Shown: piece after piece, positions 44,217 through 53,163 of the stretch
Position numbering within the stretch: the first letter of the stretch is position 1
Layout: each line of letters starts with the position of its first letter
Assembly (NCBI GenBank): GCA_964525955.1
Contig: CAZGKJ010000002.1
Coordinates: forward strand, 1-59,372
Direction: 5' to 3'
From: an uncultured Candidatus Bathyarchaeia archaeon
GTDB taxonomy: Archaea > Thermoproteota > Bathyarchaeia > TCS64 > B23
DNA length: 59,372 nucleotides
The notes under the pieces: model-generated
The model's database searches: none
What the model saw: the letters and a program-made list of their open reading frames with translations, nothing else
Told to the model about the DNA's origin: nothing
Translations under genes and position numbers: made by a program

Positions 44217-44879
44217 ATGCGTTATGCAGCTATATTATCTCTGGCGAGAGGGATAGCTAAGAAGCATGATATCTCAAGGAATCGGAGGAGGTTAGGGGAA
44301 TTTATGGAGGATGTGTTTAACGCTGTGACTCGTAGATTTAATCTATGTGAAAGGGGATTTCAAGCGAGGGCTGCAATATATGGGGGGGCCTTCCAGGCGA
44401 TCTTCACCGTGATCATGGAGGAGCTATTCCCCGATGTCAGGTTGATCCACGGCTGTGAGATGGAGGATGCATGCCTCATGGGAGTTGGAAAGGCAGATTT
44501 CGTTGTTATAGATGAGGGGGATAGGATTCTCGCAGTGATAGAGGCTAAGGGATCAGCCGATTATATAATATGCAACGGGAGGAGGATAGAGTTACCTAAA
44601 CCAGGCCTCATAAGAACTGATACCACTAAGAAGGCTATAGCAAATGCAGCACAGGTTAAATATGGAATATCCCTTGATATTCCATATATCATAGTCACCA
44701 GTCATAAGCCTTATGAGGGATCGAGTTCCCACTGTATGCTAAAGCTGGTTGAGGGTAAGCTCGTAGATATGGTAGTGGATGTGAAGAGATACGATGAACT
44801 CAGGGAGATGGTTAAGTTGATTAGGGGTGCCAAACCCTCGAAACTCATCTATCGGAGGGGGAGGGCTGTCAGGATATGA
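44217..44879 (+). CDS. type II restriction endonuclease candidate (PD-(D/E)xK)
   Basis: The start is set at MRYAAIL; the upstream part of the ORF is an antisense shadow. The core is GKADFVVIDEGDRILAVIEAKG, that is D...ExK. It is convergent with the methyltransferase. Confidence 0.6.
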   Translation: MRYAAILSLARGIAKKHDISRNRRRLGEFMEDVFNAVTRRFNLCERGFQARAAIYGGAFQAIFTVIMEELFPDVRLIHGCEMEDACLMGVGKADFVVIDEGDRILAVIEAKGSADYIICNGRRIELPKPGLIRTDTTKKAIANAAQVKYGISLDIPYIIVTSHKPYEGSSSHCMLKLVEGKLVDMVVDVKRYDELREMVKLIRGAKPSKLIYRRGRAVRI

Positions 44880-45786
44880 ACTCGATGATCGACCTCGTCG
44901 TCCGCCTCAACCTCTCCCTCGCCATATGGACATAGGCCTCATCAACATCTATACCTATGAAATGCCTCCCCGCCTTAATGGCTGCCACACAGGTTGTCCC
45001 ACTACCCACGAAGGGGTCTAAGACAACATCTCCCTTAAAGGTGTATAGCTGGATGCATCTATATGGCAGCTCCTCCGGGAAGGGGGCTGGATGGCCAACC
45101 CTCCGAGCGGACTCTGGGGGGATATGCCAGACGCTCCTGGTAAATTCGAGAAATTCATCTCTCGTTATGGTGCTCTCACGCCCCTCGCTTGCCCTGCTGA
45201 AGGAGCCTTTAGACATCACAATGATATACTCATGTTGATCCCTGAGGAGGGGGTTGGAGGCTGAGAGCCAGCTTCCCCAGGCTGTGGAGGAGCTGCTTAC
45301 GGCCTCACCCTTATCCCAGATGATCTCACCGCGCATTAGGAAGCCTATCCCCTCGAAGAGTTCTATGAGATAGGCGTGTAGGGGTATGTAGGGCCTCCTA
45401 CCTAGATTCGCAACGTTGAAGCAGACACGTCCACCCCAGACGAGAACCCTATAGACCTCACGCATAACCTCCCCTATGAAGTCGAGATATTCGCCCACCG
45501 TCAAATCCTCATCATAGTCCTTCCCAACGTTATAGGGTGGGGAGGTCACCATGAGATGGATGCAATTATCTGGAAGCTCCCTGAGAACCTCCCTCGCATC
45601 CCCAAGTATCACCTTATCTAAAAACTCTGGGGGAACCGCATTCTCGACTAGATCATCCGGTCTCGGAGTGGGGAGGATTATATTCCTATACATCCTCCTG
45701 GAGTAGAAGGGTGTAGAATCATGGGACTCTCGACCCCTCACTCCGAAGCTGCTCGTCTTCGTCCTCCTACGCCTCTTAAGGGTCAT
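44869..45786 (-). CDS. beta-class amino-DNA methyltransferase (N4-cytosine or N6-adenine)
   Basis: Motif IV (MVTSPPYNVGKDY) precedes motif I (VLDPFVGSGTTCVAA...FIGID). An SPPY motif favours m4C. Confidence 0.9.
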   Translation of the reverse strand: MTLKRRRRTKTSSFGVRGRESHDSTPFYSRRMYRNIILPTPRPDDLVENAVPPEFLDKVILGDAREVLRELPDNCIHLMVTSPPYNVGKDYDEDLTVGEYLDFIGEVMREVYRVLVWGGRVCFNVANLGRRPYIPLHAYLIELFEGIGFLMRGEIIWDKGEAVSSSSTAWGSWLSASNPLLRDQHEYIIVMSKGSFSRASEGRESTITRDEFLEFTRSVWHIPPESARRVGHPAPFPEELPYRCIQLYTFKGDVVLDPFVGSGTTCVAAIKAGRHFIGIDVDEAYVHMARERLRRTTRSIIEFIS

Positions 45787-45873
45787 CGATGAAGCCTACG
45801 CGGCCGCCCTATTTTTATCCAGCGCATCGAAACCAGAAGAGATTTCACAATCTTCGAGAACTCCCTTAATGCC

Positions 45874-46647
45874 ATGAGTCGAGTCTGGCTTCAGGATATG
45901 ACCTGGAGGGAGGTTGAGGAGGTCGTCGCCAGGTCTAAGGGGGTTGTCCTACTTCCGGTGGGGAGTGTGGAGCAGCATGGATTACACCTCCCCCTGGGAA
46001 CCGACACCTACCTGGCCATAGGCCTCGCCGAGGATGCAGCTGAGAGGACCGGCGTCCCCGTTGCGCCTCCCATCTGGTATGGTTGGAGCCCCCATCACAT
46101 GGCCTATCCAGGCTCCACAACCATAAGGCCTGAAGTCCTCATCGAACTGGTCTATGATGTCATCTCATCTCTGTCGAGGCACGGCTTCAAGAGATTCATC
46201 ATCATCAACGGCCATAGGATTGCGAACATACCCTGGCTTCAGGTCGCAGCTGAGAGGGCTCAGAGGCAGCTGGGCGTAAGGGTCTGTCTCTTCGATCCAG
46301 CCTATATGAGCCGTGAAGTCGTCGATGAGCTCGGCTTCGGCCCAGTGGGCCATGCAGATGAGATAGAGACAAGCCAAATGCTGTATAGGTTTCCGGAGCT
46401 CGTCGATCTTGAGAGGGCGAGGGACTACATCCCAGAGGCTAAACCCCTATACATCGTCGATCCCAGAGGCGTTGGGGACACCCTATGCTATGTTCCAAGC
46501 ACCGTTGAGGATATGGCCAAGCTGAGGGAGGTCTCAGGTGGAGCCGTGGGGAGGCCTACAGCCTCAAATAGGGAGAGTGGGCGCAGATATCATGAACACC
46601 TCGTTAAACGCCTCGTGGAGGTTATAAAGAGGGTGATGGAGGCTTAG
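45874..46647 (+). CDS. creatininase family amidohydrolase
   Basis: LLPVGSVEQHGLHLPLGTD and GHADEIETS are metal-ligand blocks. Confidence 0.85.
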   Translation: MSRVWLQDMTWREVEEVVARSKGVVLLPVGSVEQHGLHLPLGTDTYLAIGLAEDAAERTGVPVAPPIWYGWSPHHMAYPGSTTIRPEVLIELVYDVISSLSRHGFKRFIIINGHRIANIPWLQVAAERAQRQLGVRVCLFDPAYMSREVVDELGFGPVGHADEIETSQMLYRFPELVDLERARDYIPEAKPLYIVDPRGVGDTLCYVPSTVEDMAKLREVSGGAVGRPTASNRESGRRYHEHLVKRLVEVIKRVMEA

Positions 46648-47564
46648 GCTGTGGCTATCGTCCATAGGAGTTCGACGACGAATTGATTCACCAGAGTTGG
46701 AAGCCCGTCAACCGTCAGCGTCGGCTCACCTGTTACGCCGTCTATCCCCCCAGCCTTTATAACCCTCTCCAACAGCCTCAGCTCCCTCTTCCCATCGTGT
46801 CTATACTCGATGTCCTTCAGCTCGGCGAGGGCCGCTGAGATGGTGTAGGCTCCCCAGTTCGATGTGGCTGCGATTACGAGGATGTCAGCCGGAGTCGAGG
46901 CCGCTATCCCAGCCTGGCAGGGGCATTGGCAGCGGTCTCCGTTTGGGACGTGCTTCCTCACGGTCTCCTCTATTAGTCCGCATCCAAGCTCGTTTCCTCC
47001 GTCTCCCACGGCGATGGTTGTGATCCCCCGTTCCCTGGCCTTTAGGAAGAGGTGGTCGGTTTTGCCTATGAGGTCTGAGATGTTGTATCCCCTCATGGTG
47101 TGATACTCGCCTTTCACGTTCCACCCTGGACGCTCTATGGAGACTATGGCTGCGGGGTCGTAGCGGTTTAGGAGCTCCTCACACTGCCTCTCAGCCTTGT
47201 CCCCCTCCGTTGAGATGAGCTCCACTGGGAACTCGTCCTCGATGACTCCCCTCACAACTGGTTCACATGGCTTATCGGTCACCAATATTGGTTTTAGGCC
47301 TACATCCCTCAGCGTATAGGCCAGGACGGCTGCCCCTGGAGGGCCATCTGTCTCGCAGACGTTCTTAGGGGGTATGGGGAATCCCGTTATCACGAGGATA
47401 TGCCTCCCCTCCCCAGCCTTTGAAAGCCTCTCGGCTGCAGCCCTGCATAGGGTTCCGCCGACCTTCTCGAGGGCCGCCCTATAAAGGGTCTCGGAGACCC
47501 CCCTCATCGGTATGTCAGCCGAGGCTAAGTGGTCTAATGAGTAGGTTTTCCTCTCGAAGTCCAT
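46644..47564 (-). CDS. DUF4392 / D-glutamate cyclase-like protein
   Basis: VITGFPIPPKNVCETDGPPGAAVLA and VGDGGNELGCG blocks. Confidence 0.65.
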   Translation of the reverse strand: MDFERKTYSLDHLASADIPMRGVSETLYRAALEKVGGTLCRAAAERLSKAGEGRHILVITGFPIPPKNVCETDGPPGAAVLAYTLRDVGLKPILVTDKPCEPVVRGVIEDEFPVELISTEGDKAERQCEELLNRYDPAAIVSIERPGWNVKGEYHTMRGYNISDLIGKTDHLFLKARERGITTIAVGDGGNELGCGLIEETVRKHVPNGDRCQCPCQAGIAASTPADILVIAATSNWGAYTISAALAELKDIEYRHDGKRELRLLERVIKAGGIDGVTGEPTLTVDGLPTLVNQFVVELLWTIATA

Positions 47565-47645
47565 ATCATGGGATATTTGGAGAGTTGATTTAAGTAATTT
47601 GACCGAATCTTCAAAAATCTCTTATATGGATCAGTAATCACTATA

Positions 47646-48965
47646 TTGACGGTGGATATGAGCTCCGCTGGGAGAAGGACGCTTGTTTATGCGATCATAG
47701 CGATAATAGTGATAGCAGCCGTCGGCGGCTCCGCCTACTACCTCATGAGGCCGAGGAAGCCTAAGGTCATCAAGGTTGGAGCCATATTCCCCCTGACGGG
47801 CGCCCTGGCTGAGGCTGGCAAGCTCCAGAAGTATGCGACGGAGTGGGCCGTCGGGGAGATCAACGAGGCTGGGGGTATAAAGAGCCTTGGAGGCGCCAAG
47901 ATAGAGGTTGTTTGGGGCGACACGGAGTGCGACCCCTCCGTCGCCAGCAGTGAGGCCGTTAGGCTGATAACGGCTGAGAAGGTTGTCTGCGTCGTCGGAG
48001 CCTATATGAGCGCCTGCACAAAGACGGTGAGCGACAGCTGTGAGAAGTATAAGACTCCCTGCCTAAACCCGCTTTCAACCTCCCCAGCCCTAACCATGAG
48101 GGGTTTGAAGTGGTTCTTCAGGCTGACCGGCCACGACGCCCTCTTCTGCAAGCAGCACTGGGACTTCATAAAGGAGTTGAATGAGGAGAAGGGTCTCGGC
48201 CTAAAGACCTTCGCCACCATGGAGGAGGACACGGAGTGGGGCGTAAAATCTGGGGAGGCCTACATAGAGTATGGGAAGGCAGCTGGATTCGAGCATCTCA
48301 TCGACGTCAGGTATCATAGGGGTGCTGCGAGCCTCGACTCGGAGGTAGCCAAGCTGAAGGAGGCGAATCCAGACATCATCTGCCTCACGATGTATACGCC
48401 CGACGCAATACTCTTCGTGAAGACCATGTATAAGCTGGGCTTCCACCCCAAGATCATCATCGCCCAGGACGTAGGCTTCGTACATCCAAGCTACAAGAAG
48501 GAGGTCGGCGAGATGGGCTACTGGATAATGAGCCGAGAGGTCTTCAACTGGGATCTCGCAACGGTCTCCCCGAAGATCAAGGCTAAGGCCGATGAGTATA
48601 AGGCCAAATACGGCGTAGACCTCGAGGGATGCGCAGCCAGAACCTACGTCGCCTGGCACGTCCTCGCCCTCGCCCTCGAGGAGGCTGGTAAGGAGGCGAA
48701 TCCCTGGAAGGACCTTGATGGATTCAGGGCTGCCCTGAGGGATGCTCTCGAGAACCTTGAGATCACACCTGAGGAGTGGGCTGATCTTCCATGGGCCATC
48801 ACAACCTATGACGGCGTGAAGTTCGGTGGGTTGAGGACTGGTGAGGCTGGTCAGAACATCAAGGCCTGGGGGATAATCGTCCAGATGTTCGACGACGGCA
48901 AGTATTACACGGTCTACCCGGAGAAGTATGCGACTAAGAAGGCTGTGGCCCCCATACCCTGGTAA
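47646..48965 (+). CDS. ABC transporter substrate-binding protein (Liv/Peripla_BP_6 type), membrane-anchored
   Basis: A TM helix is followed by IKVGAIFPLTGALAEAG. The likely start is the ATG at 47658 (MSSAGRR). Confidence 0.85.
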   Translation: MTVDMSSAGRRTLVYAIIAIIVIAAVGGSAYYLMRPRKPKVIKVGAIFPLTGALAEAGKLQKYATEWAVGEINEAGGIKSLGGAKIEVVWGDTECDPSVASSEAVRLITAEKVVCVVGAYMSACTKTVSDSCEKYKTPCLNPLSTSPALTMRGLKWFFRLTGHDALFCKQHWDFIKELNEEKGLGLKTFATMEEDTEWGVKSGEAYIEYGKAAGFEHLIDVRYHRGAASLDSEVAKLKEANPDIICLTMYTPDAILFVKTMYKLGFHPKIIIAQDVGFVHPSYKKEVGEMGYWIMSREVFNWDLATVSPKIKAKADEYKAKYGVDLEGCAARTYVAWHVLALALEEAGKEANPWKDLDGFRAALRDALENLEITPEEWADLPWAITTYDGVKFGGLRTGEAGQNIKAWGIIVQMFDDGKYYTVYPEKYATKKAVAPIPW

Positions 48966-48969
48966 CCCA

Positions 48970-48976
48970 TTTTTTT
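48970..48976 (+). terminator. oligo-T (T7) between the binding-protein gene and the permease genes (possible attenuating terminator)
   Basis: A T7 run begins 5 nt after the stop at 48965. Confidence 0.4.
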
Positions 48977-48985
48977 AAAATATCA

Positions 48986-49882
48986 TTGAGTTATTTTGGT
49001 GGGATCATGGTCGATCTATGGCTGTTGGGTCAGGCCACCACCAGCGGCCTCCTCCTCGGATGCATATACGCCGTTGTAGCCCTCGGCCTCTCATTGATAT
49101 GGGGTGTGATGGAGATAGTGAACTTCGCCCATGGAGACTTCCTAATGCTCTCCATGTATCTCTCCTACTTCCTCTTCACATACCTCGGCTTAGACCCCCT
49201 CATAGGCTCCATCCTCGGCTTCCTGATGGGTCTCGCCCTCGGCCTCATCGTCGAGAAGGGGCTTATAGAGAAGGTTTTAGGCTCACCTCCCATCGTCACC
49301 ATCCTCGTCACCTTCTCCGTGTTGTTGATCATACGCTATGGAGCCATGGCGGCCTGGGGGCCTGGGGTGAAGACGCTGCATCCATGGTACTTCATGGCCA
49401 TCCTCGACCTATGGGGTGTGAGAATCTCCATGGCCTACCTCATAGGAGCCCTCATCTCGCTGGCCGCCACCATCGCCCTACACATATTCCTGAAGAAGAC
49501 CTACACGGGCATCGCCCTACGGGCGACATCTCAGAATAGGTTGGCCGCCGAGCTCCTAGGCATAGACGCCAGGAAGATGTATACGTTGTCATTCTGCATA
49601 GGCGTAGCCCTCGTAGGCCTCGCCGGTGGAGTCCTATCAACCTTCTACTACGTCATCCCAGAGGTTGGTGGACGCTTCTGCATGCTCTCCTTCGTCATCG
49701 TCGTCCTCGGAGGCTTCGGAAGCCTATTGGGGACTTTCCTAGGAGGCCTCATCATAGGGGTTGCGGAGGAGATATCAGCCATCTTCATCCCGCCGGTGAT
49801 GAAGGATGTGGTGGCCTTCATCATCTTCCTCCTCATATTGATGCTGAAGCCAAGCGGCCTCTTCGGGGAGGTGGCGAGATGA
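48986..49882 (+). CDS. livH: branched-chain amino acid ABC transporter permease (LivH-type)
   Basis: LLGCIYAVVALGLSLIWGVMEIVNFAHGDF. The likely start is the ATG at 49007. Confidence 0.9.
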   Translation: MSYFGGIMVDLWLLGQATTSGLLLGCIYAVVALGLSLIWGVMEIVNFAHGDFLMLSMYLSYFLFTYLGLDPLIGSILGFLMGLALGLIVEKGLIEKVLGSPPIVTILVTFSVLLIIRYGAMAAWGPGVKTLHPWYFMAILDLWGVRISMAYLIGALISLAATIALHIFLKKTYTGIALRATSQNRLAAELLGIDARKMYTLSFCIGVALVGLAGGVLSTFYYVIPEVGGRFCMLSFVIVVLGGFGSLLGTFLGGLIIGVAEEISAIFIPPVMKDVVAFIIFLLILMLKPSGLFGEVAR

Positions 49883-50919
49883 GAGCCCTAAGGATGATTA
49901 AGGCTGAGCTATCCACAAAGGCTGGGCGAATCTTCAACGCCGCAGCCATAGTCGCTGTTATTCTCCCCCTGGTGGTGAGGGATCAATTCTTCATAAACGC
50001 CATGATGCTCGTCTACATGTACTCCATAATCGCCTTGGCCTGGAACCTTATGAACGGCTACACTGGGCTGCTGAGCTTCGGCCACGCCGTCTTCTTCGGC
50101 ATAGGAGCCTACACACTCATGCTCCTCCTATATAGGGGTGTGACCCCCTGGATTGGGATGCTCCTCGGAGGCCTCCTATCAGCCGGGTTCGCATTCCTCC
50201 TCGGAGTCCCCTTCTCCCGTCTCAGAAGCCACTGGTTCGCCCTTGGAACCCTCGTCCTGGGGGAGATATTCCTAATCGTCTTCGCAAACTGGAGGGCTGT
50301 CGGGGGAGCCCTCGGACTCGACCAGCCTCGTAGACTCCTCCTATCCCCGCCCTCAATATACTGGCTTAACTATGCGAGGCCGACCCCCTACTACTATCTA
50401 GCCCTCGGAATCCTCGGGTTAGAGCTCCTACTCTTATATGCCATATTGAATAGTAGGCCTGGATACTTCTTCCAGGCTATAAGGGAGGATGAGGAGGCTG
50501 CGATGGCCTCAGGCATCAACGTCACCCTCTATAAATGTATCTCGATGGCGATAAGCGGATTCTTCACGGGTGTAGCTGGAGGCATATACACCGTGAGATT
50601 CGGATACATAGACCCCTACGCGGTCTTCTCCATGATGCGCATATCGGTTTACCCAGTCATCGCAGGCCTCATAGGGGGAGTATACTCGCTGATAGGCCCG
50701 ATAATAGGGTCGCTGATCTTCGTCCCCACAGCCGAGTATCTGAGAGCCATAGTGGGGGGAACACTCGGCTCAAGATTCCAGGGGGTTCACTTCGCCTCCT
50801 TCGGCATAGTCCTCCTAATCATAAGTATGCGCATACCCGAGGGCCTGATGGGATGGCTTGAGATGAGGGGACTCCTCAAACCCCTCATGTCATCGGGGGG
50901 AGGAAGCGATGAGCGGTGA
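49879..50919 (+). CDS. livM: branched-chain amino acid ABC transporter permease (LivM-type)
   Basis: LAWNLMNGYTGLLSFGHAVFFGIGAY and AIREDEEAAMASGI. It overlaps livH by 4 nt. Confidence 0.9.
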   Translation: MRALRMIKAELSTKAGRIFNAAAIVAVILPLVVRDQFFINAMMLVYMYSIIALAWNLMNGYTGLLSFGHAVFFGIGAYTLMLLLYRGVTPWIGMLLGGLLSAGFAFLLGVPFSRLRSHWFALGTLVLGEIFLIVFANWRAVGGALGLDQPRRLLLSPPSIYWLNYARPTPYYYLALGILGLELLLLYAILNSRPGYFFQAIREDEEAAMASGINVTLYKCISMAISGFFTGVAGGIYTVRFGYIDPYAVFSMMRISVYPVIAGLIGGVYSLIGPIIGSLIFVPTAEYLRAIVGGTLGSRFQGVHFASFGIVLLIISMRIPEGLMGWLEMRGLLKPLMSSGGGSDER

Positions 50920-51634
50920 GGCCATACTGAGGGGTGAGGGACTCGTAAAGAGGTTTGGAGGTCTCATCGCCGTCAACGAGGTGAGCTTCAACCTCTACAG
51001 GGGGGAGATACTCGGACTCATAGGCCCAAACGGAGCTGGGAAGACAACCCTCTTCAACCTCATAACAGGCTTCCTAAAACCGGATAGGGGTAGGGTATAC
51101 TTCAACGACAGGGACATAACTGGATGGCCTCCACATAGGATAGCCCTAGAGGGCGTGGCCAGAACCTTCCAACTTGTGAGGCCCTTCCTAAGGATGACGG
51201 CCCTCGAGAACGTCATGATAAGCGCCCTCTCAAAGGTTGGAGGCCTCGAGGAGGCTGAGGAGACAGCCCTCGAGCTCCTCGAATTCCTCAACCTGAGCGA
51301 TAAGAGGGATTGGAGGGCGAGCTCGCTGACGATAGTTGAGAGGAAGAAGCTTGAGATCGCCAGGGCGCTCGCCTTGAAGCCGGAGGTTCTCCTCCTCGAC
51401 GAGCCGATAGCGGGCCTAAACCCTAAGGAGGTGGACGACATGCTTGAAACCCTGAGGGAGATCAGGGAGAGGGGCGTCACAATCCTCATCGTCGAGCATG
51501 TGATGAGGGCCATAATGAACATCTGTGAACGGATCATCGTAATGCATTATGGAAGGCTGATCGCCGAGGGGACACCCAGCGAGATATCCAGCGACCCAAA
51601 GGTGATAGAGGCATACCTGGGAGGTGTGATGTGA
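50909..51634 (+). CDS. livG: ABC transporter ATP-binding protein (LivG-type)
   Basis: Walker A is GPNGAGKTT, Walker B is LLLDEPIAGL and the C-terminal block is VIEAYLG. Confidence 0.9.
   Translation: MSGEAILRGEGLVKRFGGLIAVNEVSFNLYRGEILGLIGPNGAGKTTLFNLITGFLKPDRGRVYFNDRDITGWPPHRIALEGVARTFQLVRPFLRMTALENVMISALSKVGGLEEAEETALELLEFLNLSDKRDWRASSLTIVERKKLEIARALALKPEVLLLDEPIAGLNPKEVDDMLETLREIRERGVTILIVEHVMRAIMNICERIIVMHYGRLIAEGTPSEISSDPKVIEAYLGGVM
51113..51144 (+). repeat. 32-nt perfect direct repeat, copy 1 (in livG-type gene)
   Basis: gacataactggatggcctccacataggatagc is identical to 51833..51864, exactly 720 nt downstream. Confidence 0.9.
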
Positions 51635-52348
51635 ATGGAGGGGGTTCTGGAGGTCGAGGGCATAGACGTATACTATGGGGAGCTCCAAGCCCTATGGGGG
51701 GTTTCACTCCACATAGAGGAGGGGGAGTTCATCTCCCTCGTAGGCTCAAACGGAGCTGGGAAGACCACAACCCTAAGAGCAATCTCAGGCCTATTGACGC
51801 CGAGGAGAGGTAAGATAATCTTCGCAGGTAAAGACATAACTGGATGGCCTCCACATAGGATAGCTCAGGAGGGGTTGGCCCACATACCTGAGGGGAGGCA
51901 GCTATTCCCAAGGCTGACGGTTCTGGAGAACCTGAAGATGGGGGCCTACACCCCGAGGGCCCGTGAACGCTTCGATGAGACCCTCGAATTCGTCTTCACC
52001 CTCTTCCCAAGGCTTAAGGAGAGGAGAGACCAGATAGCTGGAACCCTGAGCGGAGGAGAAAGGCAGATGCTCGCCATAGCCCGAGGCCTGATGCTGAGGC
52101 CTAAGCTCCTGATGCTCGATGAGCCTTCACTCGGCCTCGCACCGAAGCTGGTTCAAAGAGTCATGGACACGTTGAGGAGGCTGCATGAGGAGGGGTTAAC
52201 CATACTACTCGTGGAGCAGAACGTCAGATACGCCCTGGAGCTCGCAGATAGGGGATACGTCCTCGAGACAGGGAGAGTCGTAATGGAGGGTGGAGGCAGG
52301 GAGCTGCTGGAAGACCCGAGGATCAAGAAGGCCTACCTCGGCCTCTAA
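51635..52348 (+). CDS. livF: ABC transporter ATP-binding protein (LivF-type)
   Basis: Walker A is GSNGAGKTT, the signature is LSGGERQML and Walker B is LMLDEPSLGL. Confidence 0.9.
   Translation: MEGVLEVEGIDVYYGELQALWGVSLHIEEGEFISLVGSNGAGKTTTLRAISGLLTPRRGKIIFAGKDITGWPPHRIAQEGLAHIPEGRQLFPRLTVLENLKMGAYTPRARERFDETLEFVFTLFPRLKERRDQIAGTLSGGERQMLAIARGLMLRPKLLMLDEPSLGLAPKLVQRVMDTLRRLHEEGLTILLVEQNVRYALELADRGYVLETGRVVMEGGGRELLEDPRIKKAYLGL
51833..51864 (+). repeat. 32-nt perfect direct repeat, copy 2 (in livF-type gene)
   Basis: Identical to 51113..51144. Both copies encode DITGWPPHRIA. Confidence 0.9.
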
Positions 52349-53159
52349 ACCCCCTCCTCAAATTCTCCCTAAGCCACTCTGAGAGCCTTGGGGCGAGACC
52401 CCTCAATCTCTCCGCAGCCTCATATAGTAATTCATGGTTGAGCTCCACGTATCGATGGACTAGGATATTCCTCACCCTAGCCGTCTCCGATAGCTCCTCA
52501 GCCAGCTTTTGGGGCATAACCCTCGCCTCCCCCAGCCTCCTGGGATATTGGGAGTAGTATTCGACGGCCCCTAGGCCTAGGGCGTGGACTAGATGGCGGC
52601 AGATGTCGAGGGCCGCCTCTATGGCCCTATGTATAGCCCTCTCAAAGGCGTAGGTTCTCTCCAGATCCCCGAGTATCCACTCCAACCCCTCCTCAAGGTA
52701 TCTCTCAAGGAGGGATGCAGCCCTCAGAACTTCATCCAGTCTCCTAGAGAGGAGCTCCTCATCCACCTCTGGATCCTCCCTCAGCCAGAGCTCCCTTGAG
52801 CATCTCAGCTCCTCCCTCAGGGTTGGATAGATGGCTTGAAGCTTGGATGAGAGCCTCTCCTCCTCATCCCCCACATCTAGGAGCTTAACTCCCTCGGATA
52901 GGATTCTATGGATGAGGAGGGGGTCAGCCCCCTCCAGGTCTAAGATATCCACCCTCCCCTCCGATATCTGGAGGGCTTTTGAGGCCCTCTCAACGATCTT
53001 GGATAGGGCCTCCAGCTTCCCCACACCACGGATCAGGACGGCTATATCAACGTCGCGAGGCCTCCCAGCTCTGAGAGCTGAGCCGTAGAGGTAGGCTAGG
53101 GCTAAACCCTCAACGCCCCTAAGGGCCTGGGATAGACGCCTCACCACCCCCCTATCCAT
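52323..53159 (-). CDS. fused nucleotidyltransferase(MntA-like)-HEPN(DUF86/HepT-like) protein
   Basis: The start is set at MDRGVVRRL (53159). The NTase motif AYLYGSALRAGRPRDVDIAVL is N-terminal. The HEPN motif ARVRNILVHRY is C-terminal. Confidence 0.75.
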   Translation of the reverse strand: MDRGVVRRLSQALRGVEGLALAYLYGSALRAGRPRDVDIAVLIRGVGKLEALSKIVERASKALQISEGRVDILDLEGADPLLIHRILSEGVKLLDVGDEEERLSSKLQAIYPTLREELRCSRELWLREDPEVDEELLSRRLDEVLRAASLLERYLEEGLEWILGDLERTYAFERAIHRAIEAALDICRHLVHALGLGAVEYYSQYPRRLGEARVMPQKLAEELSETARVRNILVHRYVELNHELLYEAAERLRGLAPRLSEWLRENLRRGFRGRGRPS

Positions 53160-53163
53160 CCAC

